A stretch of DNA of 64,000 bases from Lingula anatina (lineage: Eukaryota; Animalia; Brachiopoda), in contig CM120648.1 in assembly GCA_051362555.1 (NCBI GenBank), forward strand, positions 4,088,587 through 4,152,586, given 5' to 3'. How positions within the stretch are numbered: the stretch's first letter is position 1; each line of letters starts with the position of its first letter. Both the position numbers and the translations under genes were made by a program. The notes beneath the pieces were generated by a model. The model was not told where the DNA came from, did no database searches, and saw only the letters and a program-made list of their open reading frames with translations. Shown piece by piece: positions 37,701-48,800 of this stretch.

Positions 37701-38378
37701 AAGGTCCCGTCACAAGGAGAAAAGGTTCCATTGTGTGCGTTGTAATAAGACTTTTTGCACTGGGTGTGTATAGTTTATTTATATTCTGATGTATTTTCAT
37801 TTGTTTTCTCGTTTTGGATATGAACTATTCAGTATGTGCTTTAACAAGAGAAGACATACTGTATGAGGAAACTCATGAATGTGCTTTGAAGGTTACTTAT
37901 TGGTGAGATGAATGGTCAAGTAGGTTGTTAAAATGGAGCAATGTTTTTTGCTTTTATTTATTAATTTTTTTTATTCACTAAAAGTTGTCAAGTAAACATT
38001 TTCATTTTGCCAAATAATGCTATTTCATTAATACTTTGTCACAATGTCATTTTGTTTTCTTATTTCAGCCAAGGTCGCAAGCTTCATGAGCAGCTTCACA
38101 GAAATGAGTCGCACCAGTGCCACTTATGTGAGAAGACATTTCCTACAAAAATATACCTCAAAATTCATCTGAGGACACACATAGAGAGTTTTGAATGTAC
38201 GATATGTAAAAAAAGTTACACAAAGGCAAGGCATCTGAAGGACCACATGGCCTTTCACAATAATAAAACCTTTGACTGCAACAAGTGCACATTCAAAACG
38301 AATTATAGGCAATCTTACAATCGTCATTTAAAAGCACATAAAAGAGAAATTCAGTCTATTCTTTTATCCAAGTATTGA
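31706..38378 (+). CDS. ZNF gene 3 (structure partly uncertain): exons 31706/31815-31866, 34102-34288 (N-terminal module), 34630-34716, 35795-~36054/36092 (3 fingers), 36570-36629, 37225-37296, 37535-37763 and 38069-38378 (further fingers)
   Basis: Exons are paralogous to genes 1 and 2 with GT/AG sites and matching phases; one finger is split by the 37764-38068 intron (CVRC..FCTG|QGRKLHEQLH). The first exon has a +1 frameshift relative to ATG 31706, and the link between 36054 and 36570 is tentative. Confidence 0.6.
32040..33690 (+). mobile_element. Two HINE/Helentron-like elements (32040-~32505, 33100-~33690) inside a ~1.1-kb tandem duplication; a fragment at ~31088-31230
   Basis: Terminal hairpin gtacagacacagatgtgtctgtac, (GCCGAT)n or (GTCACT)n microsatellite, and internal tandem ~165-bp repeats (aaaacgcaggtcaagttcgaaaatcagcatgatcgggccatta); flank 32520-32860 is repeated at 33700-34050. 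Confidence 0.65.
35116..35493. repeat. Near-perfect direct tandem duplication, ~188 bp x2
   Basis: cactaattaSTGGATTAATTAGTCGAGGGAAGG...GGAATACTTTACA occurs twice. Confidence 0.9.
36746..36907. mobile_element. MITE (TIR CATGGG.GTCCGCAG)
   Basis: catgggggtccgcag...ctgcggacgcccatg. Confidence 0.7.
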
Positions 38379-39294
38379 AATGGACCTCTTGGATTTTACG
38401 TGCATTTTTTAGGACAATACAGCCAATGGGATATGAATCTGCCCGTTTGACAGCTTTCCTGAACAGGGCACTTGCAGTCTTCTGTTAACTAATGTGAATT
38501 TTGACACAAAAAAATCCTGTTATGTGTACCTTTTAGGTTATTTGTTTCCAACTTTCCAACCTGTACATTTATAGGTGTTATTTTTATCTCACTTTTCTAT
38601 TTTTCATCCTCAAAATTGACTGACTTTTCTCAAAATTGTGTCACTGCTCAAGCAAGTGAAACTATCCGAGTCTCCTCAGGAGTACCTTTTTGCCTGGTTT
38701 GCCTTCGATCTAAAAAAAAATTTCAAAACTGTTTAAAGTTTATTTTTGGTGTCAAGTGGTTCACAAAATTAAAGAAAAATCATGCCACATTGGTAATATT
38801 TGATTGAATAAAATATTACTTATAATGGAAAATTTTGTGTCTGTACCATAAAATGATAGCAATCCTGAATTTTTGCTGTTATGCTTGTTTAACATCATAT
38901 GTTTAAAAAATTCAAATAAAACAAATTTTGTCTACTGAGCCTGTTTACAGATAGTTCCCATTCTTTAATAAACATCAATATACTTATTTTGTCTGGCCTA
39001 AAAAAGTATTTTACTTTCAGTGTGTTAGTTGAGATATTTTGCACATGTATGTGTATTATCGGTTGCTATCCGTTTCCCATGACAGAATATGAAAAGGGTG
39101 AATACTGACATCTAACCAACTCGTTGCAGGCACGGTGTTTTTCAAGAAAAAGAGATTGAGCAGATTGAATCCTACTGCATTCACAAGTGCCAGTTATTCC
39201 TTCAAACAAAAGTCATTTACAAACTTACAACGTATTTAACGTGGTAGAGGATTGATTAAGCGAGGTAGAGGCAATTACAATTAATACTTCGTCT

Positions 39295-39334
<40 letters not shown>

Positions 39335-39653
39335 GTCATTACTGAAGCATTTAGGCAACAAGAATACCTTACAGATTGGTGTTAGATAACCTGCCCATGC
39401 TCGAGCTAGAGCAGAAGTTGCATCAGTTTTCACTGTAGTCGGTGTAGGTACATACAGTATGTACTTATCTGCATAACAATTAACATGTGCATGTAAGCGT
39501 AGCGTTTTTAGCAAAAGTACCCGACTCAGAACAGCCACCACACCCCTCCCCCCCCCCCCCCCCCCAAACACCGCGAAACTGAGACCACTGCTCTTTACAC
39601 AGCTGCTATTTTGTATAGTAATGCATATTTTTTTGGGGGGGGGGGATGCCTTA

Positions 39654-39728
39654 CTAGACCGGGGATCGAATCCAGGACTCTAGCTTACCGTGGTAGTGCT
39701 CTACCAGTGAGCTATCTTACCAAGTCTA
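39654..39728 (-). pseudogene. tRNA-derived SINE head or tRNA pseudogene
   Basis: Minus strand has an A-box-like tagctcactggtagagca and a B-box-like ggattcgatcccc; the acceptor and anticodon arms are non-canonical. Confidence 0.55.
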
Positions 39729-39978
39729 CCCCAGCTAGTCACTATATAATTAAGTCTGAGAACTGAGGCAAGTGTAGAATTCATCAACACAATGTAAAAC
39801 GTACTGCTTTACTCTGACATCAGATTATCTGACAGGATTGATAGCTGTCAGAATTTGGTCAGGGTGTTAGGTATCAGATACATGTATACCATGTCACTTT
39901 AAATTTCATTTACATTTTCCATTGTTCATATCTAATTCTATATTTGTTTTCCAGGCAACAAAAGAAAATCGGAAAAAA

Positions 39979-40154
39979 ATGGATGAAGTCTGGGGAAAAG
40001 AATGCCAAAATATTGACTTGAAAGATGGAGATGTAAAACTGAGGAAAAATGATGTTGATACAGAAAACCAACCAGTGCCTGAGGCCCACAATGTACCAGA
40101 CTATTTATATTTTATATTTGCTGCTGCTCAGTTGTTTTTTGCCTTTCACCAACC

Positions 40155-40188
<34 letters not shown>

Positions 40189-42913
40189 AAAAAAAGTCAT
40201 GTTGATTGGATGTAAAAGTAGCTACTGGTTAGGTTTAATACTGTATATATATTTTTTTCTACAGTACTTATTAAGCATCAGTGATTGAAATAGATTTTGT
40301 GTATAACTTCCTGCTTAAAATACATCAATCCTACTGCGCACATACGTTTTGTATTGCAGGTCACATGTCCTGTCAAGCGTAAGCCAGGCCGTCCTCGTAA
40401 GAAAAGAAGGGGTTGCCCAGGTGGTCCTCGTAAGAATAGAGCACCAATAATAATAAGGACTCTTCCAGAAGAAGTCTATTTACTAGACAGGAAAACAAGG
40501 TCATATGAGACGGTCCGTATTGGCAGCCAAATCGATAGGTGGCATGCTTTAAAGAATCATTTACTGATGGGACAGGGTACAAAAATACAGGATGAAGATG
40601 TGGCAAAAATTCTCCTTGACTCGTAAGTATGGACAAGTAGGATTACCTTGTTTTGGTTTTAAAAATACTTTCAGTCTGGTTGAGTTGATCAGTATTTTTG
40701 TTTTGTTTGAGAACTTTGAGTCAGATTGAGTGGATGTCCTTGTTTTAGAAGGTCACTGTGATTCTTGTTGATTTGATGCCCTTTGAGTATTTGAGTATTG
40801 ATGTGCCTTGTTGAGTAGGCAGTCTTGAATTGGTCAAGTATTGTGAGTATGGTGTAGCTGATACATTGTAAAAAGTTCAATCTAGATGCTCAAATGAAAT
40901 TTGCCTGGTTTGTCTCAGAATGACACAAAACATTTTACTAAATTTATTGTTCATTAACGTGGATCTACTCACTATAACCAGGGAATTATATCCGATATAA
41001 TTCCCTGCTATAATGTACTTAATCATTTAATTGAGCCTTGTATATTTTTCAATATTCTATTGTATTTACACACTGTAAAAAGATAGGTTTAGAGAAATAT
41101 TGTTTTAGCACAAACACATGACTGGATTGTTATAACTGTTATATTTTTGGTCAGGTTCTATGAATGTGGCAGACACCATTCTGACCAAGACGGTATTGCT
41201 GCCAGACAACTTGATGTCTACGTGCAGCAGCATGATTCAAACTCTACAGATAACACTGGACAAGACATGGCTGTTTCAACAATGAATCAACAGGCAAGTT
41301 GCATGAAATTTATTGACACAAGAGAGCAAGGTGAAGCAAGCCATGATAATTCTGTGGATCAATATACCAATGATGTTATCATTCAGAATATAGAAAATCG
41401 GAGTAATACTGAAGCCATAGGGCAGCTTGAGGCAAGTAAGGAGTATACCATTTATAAAGATAGTACTGACACCAGAGGGCAGCTGAAGGCAAGAAAGGAC
41501 TATACTATTGAAAAAGACAATACTAACACCAGAGGGCAGCTGGAGGCAAGAAAGGATAATACCAATGGTCTAGACAATACAGACACCAGAGGGCAGCTGA
41601 AGGCAAGAAAGAATAATACCATTGGTGTAGACAATACTGACACCAGAGGGCAGCTGGAGGCAAGAAAGGATAATACCATTGGTCAAGACAATACTGACAC
41701 TAGAGGGCAGCTGGAGGCAAGAAGCGATAAACCCTTTGGTCAAAACTATGGCAACAGTGGGTTATGTGGTTTGTTAAGCCAGGGCAACTGCTGTGGTCAA
41801 GACACTTCTGAATTGAACCTTCTTAAGACGTTTTGTGTGGACCATGACAGTATTATAAGGATTCACATCCCTTTTCATACACAGGAAATTAAGTCAGAAC
41901 CAAACACAGATCTCTTTGATAAGGGCAGTGCTTGTATTGAAAATACAAAGAAAACTATTATACAAAATAAAACTACTCTCAGTCCCATGAATCTGATAGA
42001 TGATGAAATTAATTCCAGTGAGGAAGCAATGAGTGAAGAGAGCGTTGATCACTCGGTGAAAGATGATGGTGATGATGATGATTTGTATGTACCAAGTGAT
42101 GAAGAGCTTGAAACAGATGACGATGAAGTTAGCATGAGTGGTGAGGAAAGTGATGATCCTTATAAGCCTGGAGATGAAGGATGTCAACAAGGAAAACGAA
42201 AATGTGGCAAGTTTATCAGTAAAACAAAAAAGATGTTTAAGAAGCATCAGGAAGGGCATAGGAAGAACAGAAAGATGGAAGCAAAACAAGATGGGGAGAA
42301 AAATAAAATGCACACCTGTAAGGATTGTGATCTAAGTTTTCCCACGTTGTCAGGTTTGAGAAATCATAAGAAATCTCACTCTTTTAAGTGTTCATACTGT
42401 GAAAAGGAATTTAAAAGTAAACGTAGCTTCAGAACCCACGAAAAGACGCATCCTGAAGCCCGTAATTTTCTTTGCAGATACTGTGGAAAGAACTTTACCT
42501 TAAGTCAATCATGGCGATGGCATGAGAAAAATCATGTCAAAACTTTGCCTCCAGAAAAAACATATTTATGCCACCTTTGCGGTAAAGATTTTGTGAAAGG
42601 GGTTTCTTTGCACAGGCATATTAGACTTCATACTGGTGAAAAACCTTTCCAATGTAAAACCTGCACAAAATCTTTTGCTGCTCCTAATGGGTTGCATCGG
42701 CATAGTTTAATTCACAGAGGTGAAAAACGACATCAGTGTAACTTCTGTGAGAAAAGATTTGTACAAAAAGGGGCTTGTACCAGACACATGAGAGTACACA
42801 CAGGAGAGAAACCTTACAAATGTCATTACTGCGATGAGGCCTTTTCGCACAATGTCAGTCGTAAAACGCATGAAAAATTGCACATAAAGTGTGAAGAAGA
42901 GTTTTCAGTTTAA
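39979..42913 (+). CDS. ZNF gene 4: exons 39979-40092, 40360-40622 (AT-hook plus N-terminal module) and 41155-42913 (19-aa repeats, acidic tract, 7 C2H2 fingers)
   Basis: Phase-0 and phase-2 junctions; KRKPGRPRKKR AT-hook; VRIGSQIDRWHALKNHL...DEDVAKILLD; HTGEKP linkers. Confidence 0.8.
41403..41730 (+). repeat. Coding tandem repeat, 57 nt / 19 aa (NTDTRGQLEARKDNTIGxD), ~6 copies
   Basis: caccagagggcagctg(g/a)aggcaagaaag recurs every 57 nt. Confidence 0.9.
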
Positions 42914-44245
42914 ACAACATTTCTCTGATAATATTGTGGCTTTATTTTAGAAGTTGATTATTTTATTTATGTTGCACTGACTCTAATGCTTGAAAGTGTA
43001 AGATTTCCCTGCTAAGTATTTGTACTTCATGCATTTTGTTGCCCAGGATCACCCTCGTGTAACTTGACCAAGTCCCACAATGCAAAGAAAGTGGCTTGCT
43101 TGAGAGGTTAGTCCATATGAACTGTTTTTTTCACCTGAAAGTATTTTTGTTGAAGAGATTTCAAGATTTATTTTCCTAGCCGTGTGATAGAATAAGGGAT
43201 GCGTACAGAGCATCAAACTAAAGCCAATTGCTTAAAATTTCGCAGGAATTTCTAAACATAGTTCATGCAAGCTATGTTGAAAAGTTGTTAGTAGCATTTC
43301 CTTTCTTGTTTTTATGTTGGTAATAAGGTGAGTGTAACGAGAGTTCTAATATATCGACTAATAATGGATTATTTTCTTTCCCGGGAAAGGCTTAGCATCA
43401 TAATTACAGAGAGGAATGATTAGATTTGTGTTGCTGATGCTTCCAGATAAGCCTTTTTTAATTACTTATTTTCGTCTGTTTGTTTTCTGTTAAATGTTTA
43501 TACAATCTCTTAGTTCCTGGTCATCAGATATGGACCTGAATCCAATAAAAACCTTTCTTAAATGATTGCAACTTTTTTACATTTTACGGTGATGATCAGA
43601 TTAATGCCCCTTAGCAAAGAACTAGTGAACAATTGCAGCTAATTTGGGAGCCGAAACAGTGGGTATTGCGCCTGAGAAATAAATCCAATTTTTAGTGATT
43701 TCTTCTTTCTACCTCTCGCGAAGAATTATGGGGAAAATAAATTGCTTAACATAAAGAGGAAACATTGAGTAGGGTAGAAATTTGATAACATGCTTGATAT
43801 AGGATAAGAAAAAAATCAAGTTTTAACGAAACGCTTGATGACAAAGTCTAGTTGCAGCTTAATTAAACAGACACTTAAATAAGGGCCGCCAGTGTGGTAA
43901 CTTTATAAACGGATTAAAGAAACCAGATATCGCCTTGCAACTCGAATCTCCTATCAATATCAGCAAAAACTGCTGAGAATACTAACGAATTATAATGCGA
44001 TTCACAAAAATGACCCGAGTCATCTAACTGAACTCCTCAATCAGTGGCTTACTTGACAGTGCATGTCAGTGCTCCCAATAGCATAATCCGTTTTAAAATA
44101 TGCAAACTTCATTCATTGTGGGTAAATCGTTCTTAAAACTTGAAAACTTTTGTCTGGGACGCGCCGCCCTGTGCCGGTCTGTGCATGTTATCTACAATTC
44201 TAAGGTCCTCGCAGGGGTTTTAATCTTCTGGACATTTTTCATTAC

Positions 44246-44405
44246 CAGGGGCGGATTTAGGGCGTCTTCTGGAAGACGGTCAGATTTTCAAGTTTACATT
44301 GACGGGTATCTAACTTTTTTCTGTCGGAAGACGGTCAAAAATGGAGGATTGTTCAACGAAGATAAATTGGAAGACTGTCAGAAAACAACTCTGGATCCGC
44401 CCCTG
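44246..44405. mobile_element. MITE (TIR CAGGGGCGGAT), 5-bp TSD ATTAC
   Basis: attac|caggggcggattt...atccgcccctg|attac. Confidence 0.8.
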
Positions 44406-44673
44406 ATTACTGGAGACACTGTAAATTATATAATCAGTATGGCGAGGATAATGAATTCTGTGAAATGGCATCATGTAGTGCATAACAATTTCCCGTATTA
44501 AAAGCCAAATGACGATTTTGACAAGATTGCTAAAGGACACCTAAGACGAAAATAATTATAATGCGTTGTATGGTCGAATATAAGCATGATTATTTCAGAT
44601 TCAATTTAGTTGCTTCTTGTATGAGCACCCGAAGTGAGCTGAGACATAAAGGTAAGCAGGACGGTTTTAAAAG

Positions 44674-45813
44674 ATGAATGAGACTGTGTCGACTGTCGAC
44701 TTTCCAAATATCAGTTCAAATAATTCGACGGTGGAGGGGGATTTGAATGATGATAAAGATTTCATGGGGATTGTACATTTTGTTGGTGGTGTTTTGGCTT
44801 TCTTCGTTGCTGTAATTGGTTTTATTATGAACACGACGTCTTTTGTCGTGTTTCGAAATTTTAAGGCACAAAATTCATCAACTTTTTTGCTCAGTTGCTT
44901 GGCAGTTGCTGATAATTTGTATCTCCTTTCGCAAACATTCTTTATCAGCATCCCGTCCATATTCTCCTACGTTGAGCTAATACCCGGGACCCTTCCCTTT
45001 ATTGCGAAACATACACGATTGATTTGGACATTAAACAACTGGCTCTTACTTATTCCGATTTGGATAAGCGTTCTTGTTACCGTCGACCGCTACCGTCTGG
45101 TTTGTTCGTCTGTTTCACATGTACAGCTTCTGAAATCTTCGCCACTGAAGGTGTGGGTGGGGTGGGTAGTAGCCGTGGTCATTGGCTCTTTCATAAGCGT
45201 TATACCGAAATATTTCTTCGTCGTTTCAGTTGGATTTCGGTCGTGTTCATCGAACAAGACCTATCCATTTTGTTTCAAACCACCTGTTGTCCGTTTTCCA
45301 GAGCAAAAAATTACCTGGCTTGTTACTCACTTTCTTTTTTATTTTATTATTCCTTTTTTAATCATAACGAAGTGCAATATTGGAATAATGCGCAGACTGC
45401 GAGAGCTATCGAAACGCCGTGAAGCTTTATTCCAGCGAAAATTGTCATTTTACCGAGAATTGACAAAAATTGTTGTTTTGATCGCCATCTCTTCTCTGGT
45501 GTTCCATCTAGTGTATTGTTGTTCTTTTATCATTGGGTTCTATTCTGACCTGTTGCCACAGAAAGTTGCAAGGAACATGCCTCTATCTTTCCAAGTGCTT
45601 AACTTCTTAGCAGTGCTTAACTCTTCTGTTAATTTTTTCATTTATGGATTGTTCGGTAAAACATTTCAACTTACTTTAAAGTCAATGTGTTGCTCCGGGT
45701 GCATATTGCCAGGTAAATCAAACAGTCATGCCAAGCCAAATGGTGCGATGACGACATCTAATGATCGTCCTAATCTCGGGCAAAACAGATCCGAATTAAC
45801 CCGCCGATACTGA
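44674..45813 (+). CDS. Intronless class A GPCR, FMRFamide/peptide-receptor-like, 379 aa
   Basis: N-glycosylation sequons in the N-terminus, seven hydrophobic segments, LAVAD (TM2), DRY (TM3), IIPF (TM5), LNSSVNFFIY (TM7). Confidence 0.88.
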   Translation: MNETVSTVDFPNISSNNSTVEGDLNDDKDFMGIVHFVGGVLAFFVAVIGFIMNTTSFVVFRNFKAQNSSTFLLSCLAVADNLYLLSQTFFISIPSIFSYVELIPGTLPFIAKHTRLIWTLNNWLLLIPIWISVLVTVDRYRLVCSSVSHVQLLKSSPLKVWVGWVVAVVIGSFISVIPKYFFVVSVGFRSCSSNKTYPFCFKPPVVRFPEQKITWLVTHFLFYFIIPFLIITKCNIGIMRRLRELSKRREALFQRKLSFYRELTKIVVLIAISSLVFHLVYCCSFIIGFYSDLLPQKVARNMPLSFQVLNFLAVLNSSVNFFIYGLFGKTFQLTLKSMCCSGCILPGKSNSHAKPNGAMTTSNDRPNLGQNRSELTRRY

Positions 45814-48800
45814 AAATGCGTCATCCTACTAACTTTTGAAATCTTATGTAGGATAATTGATTGAAATCAAAGACAGCAAGTCAATTGAATAATCCTACTC
45901 ACTTTTGAAATCTCATGTGGGATAATTGAAGTCAAAAACAGCGAGTCATTTGAATCAAATTGAAAGCAAAAAAAATGCGCAATATGAAATTTGAAAATCT
46001 GTCTGGCGGAACAAAATTCACTGAGTGACATTGGGCATTTCATTTGAAAATTGTGAAAACTGTGAAATGGTCTTTTGAACGTTAAAGAAAACATGATGTC
46101 CGAAAAGTGCAAAGTCCGTTTTCATGGAGCCTTTGTATCTTACTTGCTTTAAGAAAAATGACATTGCACGACGCTACTAGCATTGAGAATACGACAATGA
46201 TCGACCCTTTTACTTTTGAAATTCCATCTTTATTAATCTATAAGAAGGCCGGCCATTCATTTCAATTTAAGCAAGCATTGTGTATGATCACTGGACTCCT
46301 GATGAGATATATTGTTCTATTAATATTGTGTATAAGAACTATTGTTGATTTGAATAAGTTTAAATAGAATATATTTTATTTAGTGAAAAATATATTTATG
46401 AATTGATATTCAGAACTAGTTCTAAGATGTGAAAGACGTTCCAATATTTTCTCTAACCCAAACGCCATTTTACGTCTGCAACTAGAAACTTTAGATAAAG
46501 AGCAATTTGTCGGCATTTTGACAGGGTTGTTGTTTCAATCAAATTTTCTTTATAAAAATATTTTTCATGAAGTATACATATAAAATATACATATCATATT
46601 AGCAATACATTTATGCTATGGCGTTTATAAAATTAATGTTCAAGTTGCACCACTGTAGTTGATTATACAGTATTGCGTCATCTTATACTGGGACTTCTTG
46701 AATCCGTATGGATGATGATGATGATGATGATGATACTATTTTGAATATAAATACATAGGTATGTAGTTAAATTGATTTTAAACAGTTTAAGTGGATGTTT
46801 AATCTTAAGATATGATAGATAAAATTGTATTATTTTATTTGGTTAATATTAATTGAACAAACGTATGAGTGGAAATCACTCAATATCAATGAAATGTATA
46901 ACCTCCGGCTAAGCTGACAGTAATCTGGTGAGACTCCCCACAGGGATAAATCGATCTAAAATCTGTGGGAATGGGGTCTAAGATGGCAATAGCCAAAGAT
47001 GTTGTAGGGTAAATGAGAAAGAAAAACGAAGGAGTATGCCAGCTTTAAATATTATCATTTTTAGGCACAACAACTGGCGCTCTTTTAAGAACGATTCAAA
47101 ATATATTTATAAAGCAGGAATGCCATTGAGCACTACATATAATTTACAAAATCTAGTGAATTTCAATTTTAGAGAAACTTTTTAGAGACAAAGATGATAG
47201 CGTGCAATGACATTCTGTGAAATTACATACGTACATTTATTTATACTGGGTTTATCAGTGGCTAAACTTTGATGCATTTTTACCCATCAGACATACGTTA
47301 TACAGTTGGTACATAAATGCTATTAAGTGGAGATATTCAGTAAATCATTGTAACGTTTTGTGACGTTGAAATCAGTAAAAATAGCACCGACAAAGTTTAT
47401 TCGCACAAAAAAATTAAACGTAATTGTATATAGGCCAAGACATGAGTATAAAGGCAGTTTTTACAGCTCTATGGGCCAAACTGTATTAAAATGTACAGAA
47501 AGGAACTTATTTAAGGGCGAGGAATGTGCGCCTAGTATCCTATCCCTTTGAAAATGAATCGTTCTACAGAAACTGAGACACCTATTATTTACAACAGAAT
47601 GCTCAAGACTGCAGTAGTCTCTAGATTTCCGCACAGATACTGTACAAACACTTTCTATCGAGTTGTCCTTTTCAACCACATGTGGCTAACGTGGTTGATA
47701 TTTTTACCTTCCGTGTTCAAACATTGAGACACTTTCAGTTATCTGCCAATCGAATTTTACGATTGCCAATGGTAACGGACGCAGCCAGACATAACCATGT
47801 AGCAGAAACTATACCTACCTGTCTTAGTTGCCTTTTGGTGAACAAGAAATCAAAGAACCTGTATAACCAACCGGCTGGTTATTACAATACTGTGCAGTGA
47901 CAATCATGACTGGCCTGACGTTCGCAAGATGACAGACCATAGCTGCCTTCTAGGCAGCAACGGTTCAAGAAACAAATTATCTTCCCAGGAACTGATGGCG
48001 TGACACAAGTTTGGTGCCCTGCGGTACGCAAACATAACCACTTCCTGTTCCCCTAACACTCATATAACACTCAGCTACAGTGACAGGCCTATTTGTCGAC
48101 ATCGGATAGAAAACGTCCACAATTTTCCCTTTCCGAGTGCGGTTGGTGTATAATACCAGTAACTCTGCTTTCAACTCATGACTCAGAACAGCGTCAGGTA
48201 GACAGAAAAGTACCTTTCACGTAAAGATGTTCGTTATACGTACGGTGTTCCCAAGTCTACCAAAAGCAACATTTTAAAGAGAAACTTGGAAAGAGAGGAC
48301 AAATTGATGGCCAATAAAGAAAGCGGTGCCACGTCACACATAGCCGAACGCACGGCCCACTTCACTCTTGAGATAGAGACTTTTTAAAGATTTTGGCGAT
48401 CATGACGACTGATAAAATGAGCGCAATAAACTGACTCAAATTAAATAACAAACGTTTGCAAATATGGTGATGCTTATAGTCTTGGAATATTTCTTTTCTT
48501 TATTTTGTATTACCTATGTAGACCATTAGATTAATATCCACAGGACGATTCCGAATGAAGTCCAAATTAAAGTTCTACAGCTAATTTCAAAGAAAATTTA
48601 GCAGTAAGAAATTATGTTAGATATAAGTTAAGGCCGACAGAAAGGTCAATCTCTGCTCAGTTCAGAGCTGCGAAGACAGACCTCAGGTGCTCTTCACGAG
48701 ATTTTCACAGATCTAGAAGCATAGCAAGTTTTCTCTTTAGCTGTTTCCAGATCAGGAGAAAGATATTGTATCGCCAATGGTATACTTGGTGACTATATTA

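Noticed and set aside
39654-39728. Functional tRNA gene
   Set aside because: The A and B boxes are present but the cloverleaf arms are irregular, so a SINE head or pseudogene is more likely.
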